The notes under the pieces: generated by a model
Seen by the model: the letters and a program-made list of their open reading frames with translations, nothing else
Database searches by the model: none
Told to the model about the DNA's origin: nothing
Shown here: positions 1-8,495 of the stretch, piece after piece
How positions within the stretch are numbered: position 1 is the first letter of the stretch
How the letters are laid out: every line of letters starts with the position of its first letter
Source of the DNA: Candidatus Binatia bacterium
Lineage (GTDB): Bacteria; Desulfobacterota; Binatia; Bin18
DNA length: 64,000 nucleotides
Reading direction: 5' to 3'
NCBI GenBank assembly: GCA_963664395.2
Contig: OY761159.2
Span: 4,736,001 to 4,800,000, forward strand
Made by a program: the position numbers and the translations under genes

Positions 1-90
1 TTCCCGCTCATCGGCATTCAGCCCGCGGAAACCATGCGGCTGCTTATCCAGCGATATGTTGATAAAGCGCGCGAGCAGGTGGGGCATTAG
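1..90 (+). CDS. 3' end of a gene running into the window, possibly DsbA/FrnE-like thioredoxin-fold protein
   Basis: Frame 1 reads FPLIGIQPAETMRLLIQRYVDKAREQVGH*; G-x-Q-P followed by a helix resembles the C-terminal GAQP motif of DSBA-family proteins. Only 29 residues visible. Confidence 0.3.
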   Translation, partial: FPLIGIQPAETMRLLIQRYVDKAREQVGH

Positions 91-137
91 GCTAGGCCGT
101 CCGTCCCTGGAGCGGTATAAAAGGATAAGAGAACGCT

Positions 138-377
138 ATGAATTATCAGGATCGGATTATCCGGGACCCACGAGTCTGTGGCGGCGAGCCTGTCATCAAA
201 GAGACACGAGTAACGCTCCGTACGGTGTTATCGAGCTTAGCCGAGGGGGCAAGCATCGCAGAAATCCTGGCCGATTTTCCCTCACTCACAGAAGAAGACG
301 TTCGCGCGGCAATCGCTTTTGCCGCCGCTTCTGCCCACGAAGACCTTCCCGTACCTGGCGTTCCAGATAATCTGTGA
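138..377 (+). CDS. DUF433 family protein (predicted antitoxin)
   Basis: RIIRDPRVCGGEPVIKETRVT...LAEGASIAEILADFPSLTEEDVRAAIAFAA is the typical DUF433 pattern. Confidence 0.9.
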   Translation: MNYQDRIIRDPRVCGGEPVIKETRVTLRTVLSSLAEGASIAEILADFPSLTEEDVRAAIAFAAASAHEDLPVPGVPDNL

Positions 378-439
378 AGATTATGCTTGCTCTGTTCGAG
401 TCCAGGGCTGACCTGAATCGCGGCGACCACAAGCAATAA
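374..439 (+). pseudogene. possible stub of a DUF5615 PIN toxin gene
   Basis: GTG overlaps the DUF433 stop (GTGA); reads MKIMLALFESRADLNRGDHKQ*. The start resembles the MK(I/F)xLD start of DUF5615 toxins, then diverges. Confidence 0.25.
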
Positions 440-468
440 AGCTCGATCCCTGATTAGGAAGTATTGAA

Positions 469-1896
469 ATGAAAAAAGAAGAAATCCCAGGCGTGGGTGC
501 TGGCGTTAGTGGAAGTGCCGAAAACTACGCCGATAACGTCATTTTAAGAGCCGAGCGTGGACATGGTTTTGCTGCGGAGAGAGCGAATCACTTAAAAGAT
601 ACTCTGACAGGAAAAGATGCAAAGATTATTGGAGGCGATAATACAAAGAATGGCGCAGACCGTCTCGTTGATGGTGTGAACATCCAGACCAAATACTGCA
701 AAACCGGCTCCAATTGTATAAGCGAATGTTTTGAGAACAACACGTTCCGGTATTTGAACTCAGACGGGACGCCAATGCAAATCGAAGTCCCATCTGACAA
801 GTACGATTCTGCCATACAGGCAATGGAAAATAGAATCAGAAACGGACAAATACCTGGTGTTTCTGATCCAGGAAAGGCCAAGGGAATTGTAAGAAGAGGC
901 GCTTTCACTTACGAGCAGGTTAGAAACATTGCAAGGTTCGGTACCGTTCAAAGCCTTACTTATGATGCCGTCAACGGTATCAAACTCGCAGGGACGTCCA
1001 TGGGTATATCCGCAGCGTTGTCTTTTGCTGTCGCCGTTTGGAACGGAGAAGATTGGGAAAAAGCCCTGCAAGGAGCATGTCATACCGGCCTGAAAGTAGG
1101 AGGTATAGCTTGGGTGAGCAGTGTTATAGCGGCCCAGCTAGGAAGAACTGGCGTTGAGCAAAGTCTGCGTGGCACGACAGATTGGGTTGTTAAGGGGATG
1201 GGTACCAAAGCAGCTTCTTGGTTAGCAAACGGATTGCGGTCAGGAAACTCAATTTATGGTGCAGCGGCGGTGAACAACGTCAGCAAATTACTTCGAGGAA
1301 ACATTGTCACTGGAATAGCGACAACGTTGGTCGTCTCATCTGCTGATTTTGTCCGTCTATTCAGAGGGAGAGTATCTGGTGTTCAAGTGTTCAAGAACGT
1401 TGCAACCACAGCCTCAAGCGTTGCAGGTGGGACTGTTGGTTGGGTGGCTGGTGCAGCAGCAGGAGCAGCACTCGGCTCAGCAGTTCCCGTTGTCGGCACT
1501 GCTATTGGAGGAATTGCAGGAGGAATAATTGGAGCTTTTACCGGCGGAACTGTTGCGTCAAAGGCTGCGGAGACTATTCTGGATGAATTTATAGAAGACG
1601 ACGCCAAGGAAATGTTGACTATAGTAGAAAAATATTTTGGCGAACTAGCGACAGACTATTTACTCAATAAGGACGACGCGAAAAAGGTAATCCAGGACTT
1701 TCAGAAAAAAGACCTACCCGATACGCTACGAGACATGTACGCATCCAACAATCGAAAGGATTTCGCAAGACGTTTGTTAGAGCCTCTGATGGAAAAGCAA
1801 GCAAAAAAAAGAAAACCCATACAGCTTCCTTCAGACAAAGAAATTCTACAGAAAACGGGACAAATAATAGAAGAGATGATCCCGGCTGCAAGCTAA
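469..1896 (+). CDS. YeeR-like inner membrane protein (N-terminal nuclease-like motif, glycine-zipper hydrophobic segment)
   Basis: GHGFAAERANHL...GGDNTKNGADRLVDGVNIQTKYC resembles E. coli CP4-44 YeeR-like proteins from memory; glycine zipper GAAAGAALGSAVPVVGTAIGGIAGGIIG; visibly AT-rich codon usage. Confidence 0.65.
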   Translation: MKKEEIPGVGAGVSGSAENYADNVILRAERGHGFAAERANHLKDTLTGKDAKIIGGDNTKNGADRLVDGVNIQTKYCKTGSNCISECFENNTFRYLNSDGTPMQIEVPSDKYDSAIQAMENRIRNGQIPGVSDPGKAKGIVRRGAFTYEQVRNIARFGTVQSLTYDAVNGIKLAGTSMGISAALSFAVAVWNGEDWEKALQGACHTGLKVGGIAWVSSVIAAQLGRTGVEQSLRGTTDWVVKGMGTKAASWLANGLRSGNSIYGAAAVNNVSKLLRGNIVTGIATTLVVSSADFVRLFRGRVSGVQVFKNVATTASSVAGGTVGWVAGAAAGAALGSAVPVVGTAIGGIAGGIIGAFTGGTVASKAAETILDEFIEDDAKEMLTIVEKYFGELATDYLLNKDDAKKVIQDFQKKDLPDTLRDMYASNNRKDFARRLLEPLMEKQAKKRKPIQLPSDKEILQKTGQIIEEMIPAAS

Positions 1897-1913
1897 CGAG
1901 AGCAATCACGAAC

Positions 1914-2849
1914 GTGAACATCGAATGGACTGGAAAGAAATGTATACTTTGCCTAAAAGAGGTTCCTCTATCCCGGGAACATCTTATTCCAAAGGCGCTA
2001 GATGGAATACTCACCTGTTCGTTCCTCTGTAAAGAATGCAATTCGAATCTCGGCGCTCGGGTCGATGCAGAAGTCAAAAAAGATCCGCGAATCCGGTTCG
2101 CTGTAGACCATCTTGAATCCGATATACCGAATTTCGCTTCTAAATTCAGGGAAGGACAAAAATACCTCCTTTACGGTCGGGGTTTGAGCGAATGGGGAAA
2201 GATTCGCAAAGGAGAATTACGAGTCACTCCACGGGAAACGGAAGGTGGTGCCCTGATTCAATCGCCCGATGAGAGCTATAAGTCGAATGAGAAGATTCTA
2301 CGGAAAAGTGGTATTAGCGAAGATGCTATTCAAGAAGGATTAAGGTGCCTTTATGAAGCCGGAGAAAACGAGATAGTAGAACTGGCTCCAGGCAGAGTAG
2401 CGGTCAAACGGAGAGTGGGACAGGTCGAACCCGATCTCCGCGGCAGCAAGCTGTTGACCCCACTGTTTCCACTCAAAATTGGATATGAATTCCTTGCACT
2501 TCACCTATATCATGTAATCTACGATCAAAATCCAGCATTGAACGGGGTACGAACTGCATTAAGAGAGAAAGTCGAAGACCATCCGTCCTTTAAAGTGGAA
2601 CCACTAAACGCGTCAGAATACAGACCGTTCCATGGGATTGGCTTCGTGGGAAACAGCCCTCACGCTACCGTCTTGATAAGACTGTTTGGCTGGCTGGCAT
2701 TCCGCGTCCATTTCCTGCGGCTGACAGTAGACGGCCCTCGCCTCAGCTATAAACATGATCTGGACACTAATCAGGACGAGATGCTGGTTAACTGGCAGGC
2801 ACGTCTTGATAAAGCAGGCACCCCGACCGCCGAGATAGACAACACATGA
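1914..2849 (+). CDS. HNH endonuclease (HNH_5-like N-terminal domain)
   Basis: CILC...SREHLIPKALDG...LCKECNSNLG: zinc-binding CxxC pairs with EH(I/L)IP and CN HNH motifs; GTG start. Confidence 0.8.
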   Translation: MNIEWTGKKCILCLKEVPLSREHLIPKALDGILTCSFLCKECNSNLGARVDAEVKKDPRIRFAVDHLESDIPNFASKFREGQKYLLYGRGLSEWGKIRKGELRVTPRETEGGALIQSPDESYKSNEKILRKSGISEDAIQEGLRCLYEAGENEIVELAPGRVAVKRRVGQVEPDLRGSKLLTPLFPLKIGYEFLALHLYHVIYDQNPALNGVRTALREKVEDHPSFKVEPLNASEYRPFHGIGFVGNSPHATVLIRLFGWLAFRVHFLRLTVDGPRLSYKHDLDTNQDEMLVNWQARLDKAGTPTAEIDNT

Positions 2850-3130
2850 CCAGGATTCAGAGAATCCGACAAAAAATTCTTGATCGTACCTACTACCTTT
2901 CTTCCCATGCGGAAGCCGAGATGTTGGATGACAGATTAGAGCGAAGAGATATTGAGAACGCGATACTCAAGGGACGGATTCAGAGAAAACTATCGGAGGA
3001 TATCCGGGGGGTCCGATATCGGATAGAAGGACCGACAGAAGATGGGCGGTTGATTCACGTCATATGTCGCTTTCAGGAGACTGCGTTCCTCATCATCGTT
3101 ACTGCCTATGCCCTGATGGAGGAGTTATGA
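2846..3130 (+). CDS. DUF4258 family protein (predicted RelE/MqsR-like toxin)
   Basis: YYLSSHAEAEMLDD...RYRIEG...LIHVIC...IIVTAY pattern; ATGA overlaps at both ends. Confidence 0.8.
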   Translation: MTRIQRIRQKILDRTYYLSSHAEAEMLDDRLERRDIENAILKGRIQRKLSEDIRGVRYRIEGPTEDGRLIHVICRFQETAFLIIVTAYALMEEL

Positions 3131-3348
3131 TTTGCGAGTTCTGTAAAGGAAAGTCAAGAAAGAAGAAAGTCAAGCGTCAACATTGGCTCCGAGGAAAACT
3201 CTATATTGTCGAAAATGTTCCCGCAGAGGTCTGTTCGGAGTGTGGAGAGCGTTATTTTCTTGCGGCGACTCTTGACGAGATTGACCAACATATTTCAGCC
3301 GAACACAAGGTCAAAGAACACCTTCATGTCGAGGTTGTCAGCTTGTAG
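3127..3348 (+). CDS. YgiT-type zinc finger protein (MqsA-like N-domain, predicted antitoxin)
   Basis: MICEFCKG...IVENVPAEVCSECGERYF; true start is the ATG at 3127 overlapping the DUF4258 stop. Confidence 0.85.
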   Translation: MICEFCKGKSRKKKVKRQHWLRGKLYIVENVPAEVCSECGERYFLAATLDEIDQHISAEHKVKEHLHVEVVSL

Positions 3349-3354
3349 GAATCT

Positions 3355-3400
3355 GCCGATAGAGGGGCGGCTTCGGCCTCGTCTCTCGGCTTTTGTTTCT
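3355..3400 (+). terminator. probable intrinsic terminator between convergent genes
   Basis: GCCGA...GGC-TTCG-GCC...TCGGC stem with a cUUCGg loop followed by TTTTGTTTCT. Confidence 0.5.
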
Positions 3401-3426
3401 TTATCAGTAAGGATTGGAGCCTTCAG

Positions 3427-4206
3427 TCAGAACTGAACCGAAAACCCTTCGCGTTCGTCGTTCTCTTTATCAATCACGGAAGTGCGGGCGGAAGAATATT
3501 TTCCGGCTGGATAGTACAGAAAGCCAGACGCACTTTGGCCGGGCTCGATAGTCATATCCTGGAGAGAACTCCCCCCACCCGGTGTGGAGACCGGGGCAAC
3601 CCGCCCGCCACTGTCAGGCACCAGAAAAATCTTGCTGGCCTCAATAGCGTAGGGGCGTGGCGTATTGTTCTGAATCGTCACCCGCACGGGAAGAATTCCA
3701 CTGGCCTGCGTATCAGTTCCAAGGGCGTTTTGAGCTTCAAAATTATTGAGCGGCACAATCGTGAGTTGGAGAGTCCCCGTTTCGGGGTTGTCGGCCATAT
3801 AGGCTGCGCGCCGTTGGACCATCTGATACGACATGGGAAAGCTATTCACAAAATGGTGCGGTCGCTCGGCCGCACCAATCAGCGACGGGACCTGTACGGA
3901 ATTCCGGGCATCAATGCTGGCACTACTCTCTGTGCATGAGATGGTGACAATACCATTGGTCGCATTCTCCTTCGTGGCAGAGATGCGGCCAGCCTGCCCT
4001 GGTCTTGCCAGTGAGTATTCAGCAATAGTATAGCCCATAGCCTGGATTGTTTTGTAGACAAGCCGGTTCGCTTCTTCGCATGAAGTTGCCGTCAGCTTGG
4101 GCTTTTCCCGCACCACCCGCGGCGGCGTCTTTGGGGCTGCACAACTGACGATAAAAAACGAGAGAGCACCCAAGGTCAGGTGACCCAGGCGAACGGGCAT
4201 CTTCAT
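3427..4206 (-). CDS. hypothetical lipoprotein with C-terminal Ig-like (DUF4352-like) domain
   Basis: Signal peptide ending FFIVS-C; C-terminal PVRVTIQNNT...IEPGQSASGFLYYP. Start re-assigned to MKMPVRL. Confidence 0.6.
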   Translation of the reverse strand: MKMPVRLGHLTLGALSFFIVSCAAPKTPPRVVREKPKLTATSCEEANRLVYKTIQAMGYTIAEYSLARPGQAGRISATKENATNGIVTISCTESSASIDARNSVQVPSLIGAAERPHHFVNSFPMSYQMVQRRAAYMADNPETGTLQLTIVPLNNFEAQNALGTDTQASGILPVRVTIQNNTPRPYAIEASKIFLVPDSGGRVAPVSTPGGGSSLQDMTIEPGQSASGFLYYPAGKYSSARTSVIDKENDEREGFSVQF

Positions 4207-4381
4207 TGGCTTTGCTCCTTGCAGGCTTTCCTGTATGACGGGCATCCTACCATAGCTTATGGGGAGAGCGACACAGACCAGCGTCCCTCTGGCCGCCCTT
4301 CCGACCCGGAAGAAAAATATATACACTTCTCGCCCGTCACTCACCGCTCACAACAAAACGCATCTTTCGGAGGACAGACCT

Positions 4382-5170
4382 GTGGAATTCAAGGAAGTTG
4401 TTGGTCGCAGACGCTCGATTCGTTATTTTCTCCCGTGGCGTCCAGTCGAACGGGACAAGGTCCAGACTATTCTTGAAGCGGCTCGATTGGCGAGCCGAGC
4501 CGGAAATGCCGACTTTGCCCGGGCCGTTGTTGTCGAGCGGGACGGGCTGTCGAAAGCTGACCTTGAGGCGCTGACGCTTCCGGTGAATGCCGGCATGATC
4601 GAAATGGCACCCATCCACATCTACTGGTGGGGCGACCTCAAAGCGTTTGCCCGCGATATGCCCTCCCGCGCTACACAGCAGGTAGACCAGGGCATCCTCA
4701 ATATCAGCCATGGCTGGACACACACCTTCATCAACGAAGTCGCCTACCCCCAGGTCGTCCAGGCGTTTAGTTCTGACGCTGTCCTGTGCGCCAAGGTGAC
4801 CGGCTGTGAATCGGGTCTGGCCATCTCGCAGGCATTACTCGCCGCTGTCGATGAAGGGCTCGGGACCATGCTATGTACCTATCCTGAAGAACCGGCCCGC
4901 CAGGTTCTTGGTGTTCCGGATTCCTGGACATCATTGTGGGTCCAGTTTGTTGGCTACCCGGCAGAGAGCTGGGAAGCCGGCGGCCAACGCCCCCGTCCCC
5001 CGCTGGGTGAATTATTCCATGAAGGCAAATATGGACAACCGTTCCGGGGAACAGAGGAGGGAGCGGCACGGCTCCGCGCCGAGAAAATGATTCAGGACCC
5101 AGCGCCCTTCTCATGGCGGAAAGAGGAAGTCCGGGCGGTGAGCCGTATGCTGGGCTTGCCGGAAGAATAG
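4382..5170 (+). CDS. nitroreductase family protein (copy 1)
   Basis: RRRSIRYF FMN-binding start, AVDEGLGT, VGYP motifs; GTG start after GGAGG RBS. Confidence 0.85.
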   Translation: MEFKEVVGRRRSIRYFLPWRPVERDKVQTILEAARLASRAGNADFARAVVVERDGLSKADLEALTLPVNAGMIEMAPIHIYWWGDLKAFARDMPSRATQQVDQGILNISHGWTHTFINEVAYPQVVQAFSSDAVLCAKVTGCESGLAISQALLAAVDEGLGTMLCTYPEEPARQVLGVPDSWTSLWVQFVGYPAESWEAGGQRPRPPLGELFHEGKYGQPFRGTEEGAARLRAEKMIQDPAPFSWRKEEVRAVSRMLGLPEE

Positions 5171-5207
5171 TAAGGAAACTCAACCCTCTAGGAAGATACC
5201 GCACACC

Positions 5208-5564
5208 ATGACGACAGATAGGGCGACAGCTATAGAGAATACAAAAACGGTTCAGACTTGGCTGAAAGGATTGGAAGACCAGTCCGGCGTGTCCCGCGAC
5301 GAGGGATTGCAGCGCGTGGCGGTCTTAAGCGATTTCTGTACCCTCGTCGAGAAAGCGCCCGATCAGATCATTGCCGAGTGCTTGCGTGAGGTTGAGGGCG
5401 GGAAAAAAATTCGAGCCAAGGGACGGCGATTTTACGCGGATAGGATCACCGAGTTTGAATCCAACATCGAAGGCGGCGCAGGCGAAAAGCGACAAAGGGG
5501 TAATTATATCCGAAGCTTTCTGATCCATAACGGCGTCCTGTTACAAACGAGCCCCCTGTCATAA
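5208..5564 (+). CDS. hypothetical small helical protein (paralog of 6457..6783)
   Basis: 118 aa; VQTWL...LSDFC...EKAPDQII.E.L...IRSFLIHNG is shared with the downstream paralog. Confidence 0.75.
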   Translation: MTTDRATAIENTKTVQTWLKGLEDQSGVSRDEGLQRVAVLSDFCTLVEKAPDQIIAECLREVEGGKKIRAKGRRFYADRITEFESNIEGGAGEKRQRGNYIRSFLIHNGVLLQTSPLS

Positions 5565-5590
5565 ACTGGCCCACTAAAAAGGAGGAGACG

Positions 5591-6424
5591 ATGGATTTTC
5601 TCGAAGTTGTTGGTTCACGACGCAGCATTCGGATTTTCAAACCCTGGGCGCAGGTCGAAAAGGAAAAGATTCAACGCATTCTCGAGGTGGTCCGTTTGAC
5701 AACCTGTCCGGGCAACCTCCAGCCGTGGCGAGCCATTGTGGTTGAACGCGACCAACTGTCGAAGGAAGATCGGGAGACCCTGCTGGCGTGTGACAACTAT
5801 CAGGGGGCACACGTCAACGCCCCGGTCTGGATCTACTGGTTTGCCGATGTGGAGGGTTCTACCGCAGACACTTTTCGGACTCGGGTCCACGACCTGGTAG
5901 ACCTGGGTGCGCTGCCGACATTCTATGGCTGGACGCATGAGACGATTGATTCGGCCATTGTCAAAGGCGAGACCGCGCCCGAGGGCATGCCGGCCATACA
6001 CTCGCTGATTCACGGCCTCCCGCGTGAGGCCGCAGAAGCGGTTGCCCGGCAGGAGACGGTTGGGGCGTGTGCGGTCGCCGTCCTGGCCGCCGTCAACGAG
6101 GGACTCGGCACCTGCCTGCACATGGCCGCCTCGGCCGAGAAAACTCCGGCGCTGCATGCCGTCCTGAAGGCTCCTGAGGGCTGGGTACCGGTCTGGTGTC
6201 AGTTGGTTGGCTATCCGGCGGAATCCCCGGATGCCGGCGGCCAACGGCCACGCCTGCCCTTTGAAACGCTCTATTATGATGGCACCTATGGCCAGCCGTT
6301 TGCGCGCGATGCCAAGGTTGTTGAAGAGTTGAAAGAAGAAAAACTGATCCAAGAACAAATGCCCAAACCCGGACGTTTTGAAGAACTCAAACATCTCGCC
6401 CGCATGTTGGGTTTTCCGCTGTAA
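5591..6424 (+). CDS. nitroreductase family protein (copy 2)
   Basis: SRRSIRIF, GNLQPWR, AVNEGLGTC, VGYP motifs; strong AGGAGG RBS. Confidence 0.9.
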   Translation: MDFLEVVGSRRSIRIFKPWAQVEKEKIQRILEVVRLTTCPGNLQPWRAIVVERDQLSKEDRETLLACDNYQGAHVNAPVWIYWFADVEGSTADTFRTRVHDLVDLGALPTFYGWTHETIDSAIVKGETAPEGMPAIHSLIHGLPREAAEAVARQETVGACAVAVLAAVNEGLGTCLHMAASAEKTPALHAVLKAPEGWVPVWCQLVGYPAESPDAGGQRPRLPFETLYYDGTYGQPFARDAKVVEELKEEKLIQEQMPKPGRFEELKHLARMLGFPL

Positions 6425-6456
6425 GCCCAACACAATGAATCGACCATAAATCGACC

Positions 6457-6783
6457 ATGAACGACTTAAAATCTTACCCAAGCGTCCAAAAGTGGATTGA
6501 GAATGTCAATCGCTATTACGCTCTCAGCGATGAGGAGTGGGACAGTCGCCTTCAGACATTGGCCGACTTCTGCCGGTCTGAGGAAAAAGATCCGGATACA
6601 ATGATTTCCGAGGCCCTGGCTGACAGAGGAGAGAAGGTTGACTTTATTCGACGACTCAAGAAATTCGTCAAAGCCCAAACCTCGAATCCACGCGTCGGAC
6701 ACGATTTGGAGAACATGGTTCGCTCGTTCTTTATTCATAACGGCGCCCGGGTTGTGACACGTCCGTATCGCGCCGACGACTAA
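6457..6783 (+). CDS. hypothetical small helical protein (paralog of 5208..5564)
   Basis: 108 aa; VQKWI...LADFC...EKDPDTMI.EAL...VRSFFIHNG. Confidence 0.75.
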   Translation: MNDLKSYPSVQKWIENVNRYYALSDEEWDSRLQTLADFCRSEEKDPDTMISEALADRGEKVDFIRRLKKFVKAQTSNPRVGHDLENMVRSFFIHNGARVVTRPYRADD

Positions 6784-6818
6784 ACCTGGCGTGAGACCCC
6801 GGTCTAGCAGGCATCGGT

Positions 6819-7397
6819 CTAGCGGGCATCGGTCTGGAGCGTCTCTTTGAATTCCTTGAGATCGTGCAGCGCGACGACAATGTCATGGAGTGAGTAGTGC
6901 GCATTACGCGGGCTCGTCGACGGCACCGCAAATACGTGGGCGCCCCCAAAGCGGTGGTCCAGATCACCCAGCCCGGCATCCTTTCCGCAACAGACTCGGT
7001 AGCCGGTCAGACCGTTAAAGCACACGATACGAGGCGCATAGTAGACAATTTTTTCGCGTAGCGCCTGTGCGCCCCGCCGAAACTCAGTGGGCGAAACCTC
7101 ATGAATACCCCTGGTCGGCCGCTTGACGATATCGGTCAGCCCAATGCCCCATACCATGAGGCGGGCATCATCTTCCGGCCCGACCGGATCGGGAACCAGG
7201 CCTGAAGCGGAGAGCGCGTCCCAAAAACGATTGACCTTGTTGGCAAAATAATGTCCGACTTCGGCGGAATAGAGGCCGGGATTCAGTCCAACAAACACGA
7301 TGTCCAAATTTTTTCGTAAATAGTCAGGCAAAGTCCGCCGCTGCCACTCGTCTCCACCCTGCCGGTGCAAAGCTGTTTTCTTCGTCCTTTTTTTCAT
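6819..7397 (-). CDS. mug: G/U mismatch-specific DNA glycosylase (Mug/TDG family)
   Basis: IVFVGLNPG, GHYFA...NRFW, GIGLTDIVKRPT, VPSTS motifs; start at 7397 couples by ATGA to the upstream stop. Confidence 0.9.
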   Translation of the reverse strand: MKKRTKKTALHRQGGDEWQRRTLPDYLRKNLDIVFVGLNPGLYSAEVGHYFANKVNRFWDALSASGLVPDPVGPEDDARLMVWGIGLTDIVKRPTRGIHEVSPTEFRRGAQALREKIVYYAPRIVCFNGLTGYRVCCGKDAGLGDLDHRFGGAHVFAVPSTSPRNAHYSLHDIVVALHDLKEFKETLQTDAR

Positions 7398-8467
7398 AAG
7401 TATGGCTCTGATGCTACTGAACGCTCTCTTGAAGAACAGAGAGAATTGTAATGGAGTGTCAGCGTCCGATTTGACCAGACGGTCACGAGAGAACCCAGGA
7501 GGAGCCGATAAAGGTGCGAACGCGGAATCTTGACCCGCACGGTCGGGTCGAGCAGGTCTGGCGCACCACGCAGGAGATGGACAGTTGAGGCACCGATGAG
7601 TAACGGCCAGGAGCAGGCGAGGCGCAGTTGCCACTCGCGTCTTGGGATTGCCTGTGTATAGCCCCAGCCCTCTTGATAGTAGCCCAGGGTTACCTCCAGC
7701 AACTCGTCCAACAGCGGCCGTATCTTCTCAAGGGTTTCCGTCCTGTCTGCTCGGCGCAGCTGTTCTGGTTCAACCCCTAAGGTCCTGAGATCGGTCCGGG
7801 GGAGATAGCAACGTCCAATCCGGAGGTCTTGTGCCAGATCGCGCAGGATATTCGTGAGCTGTAAGCCTTTGCCAAATCGGACCGCCCGCGCAAGCATGTC
7901 TTCGGCATTCCAGTGTTGCAGCGAGGCGATATGCTCCAGAGACATATTCGTCCAGAATTCACCCACACAGCCAGCAACAAAATAGGTGTAGCGGTCCAAG
8001 TCGTCCCGCGTTTCGAGCGCGCCCACCCTCCCCTCCTCTTCAGCCGGGAAAACGGTCAAATCCATATGCATGCCCTGAGTCAGGGTTAAAACAAGCGTGC
8101 GGATATGGGCTTGGTCGTGCGGGTCAAGAGCGTCCAAACAGGCGAAACACTGTCTGAGGCTTGAGAGCAGAGTGCGCTCAGCGGGATTGTCTTGGTGCGG
8201 AGCAAGCTCGGTCTCCAAAGTCCGGCAGACCGCAACATTCTGATTCTCAAAGGCAGCCCGATACTCCTGTAGACGCTCCAAGCGGCCCTCTCGCGGAACG
8301 AGGCGTGTATCCGCTATCGTGTCCGCCGCCCGGCAAAACAAATAGGCCAGACCAAACGGTCGTCGGAGCGCCTTGGGGAGAATACGTAAGCTCAAGTAAA
8401 ATGATCGACTCACCCGAGGCAGGGTCTCGAACAGGAGCGTGTCTTCAAGAGGGCGCGTGTTCACCAT
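7394..8467 (-). CDS. squalene/phytoene synthase family protein (single-subunit squalene synthase type)
   Basis: VSRSF, CRAADTIAD, YFVAGCVGEF, GLQLTNILRD, GRCYLP motifs. Confidence 0.85.
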   Translation of the reverse strand: MVNTRPLEDTLLFETLPRVSRSFYLSLRILPKALRRPFGLAYLFCRAADTIADTRLVPREGRLERLQEYRAAFENQNVAVCRTLETELAPHQDNPAERTLLSSLRQCFACLDALDPHDQAHIRTLVLTLTQGMHMDLTVFPAEEEGRVGALETRDDLDRYTYFVAGCVGEFWTNMSLEHIASLQHWNAEDMLARAVRFGKGLQLTNILRDLAQDLRIGRCYLPRTDLRTLGVEPEQLRRADRTETLEKIRPLLDELLEVTLGYYQEGWGYTQAIPRREWQLRLACSWPLLIGASTVHLLRGAPDLLDPTVRVKIPRSHLYRLLLGSLVTVWSNRTLTLHYNSLCSSRERSVASEPYL

Positions 8468-8495
8468 GCGTGTCAGTCTGGGTCAACCGGACAGT

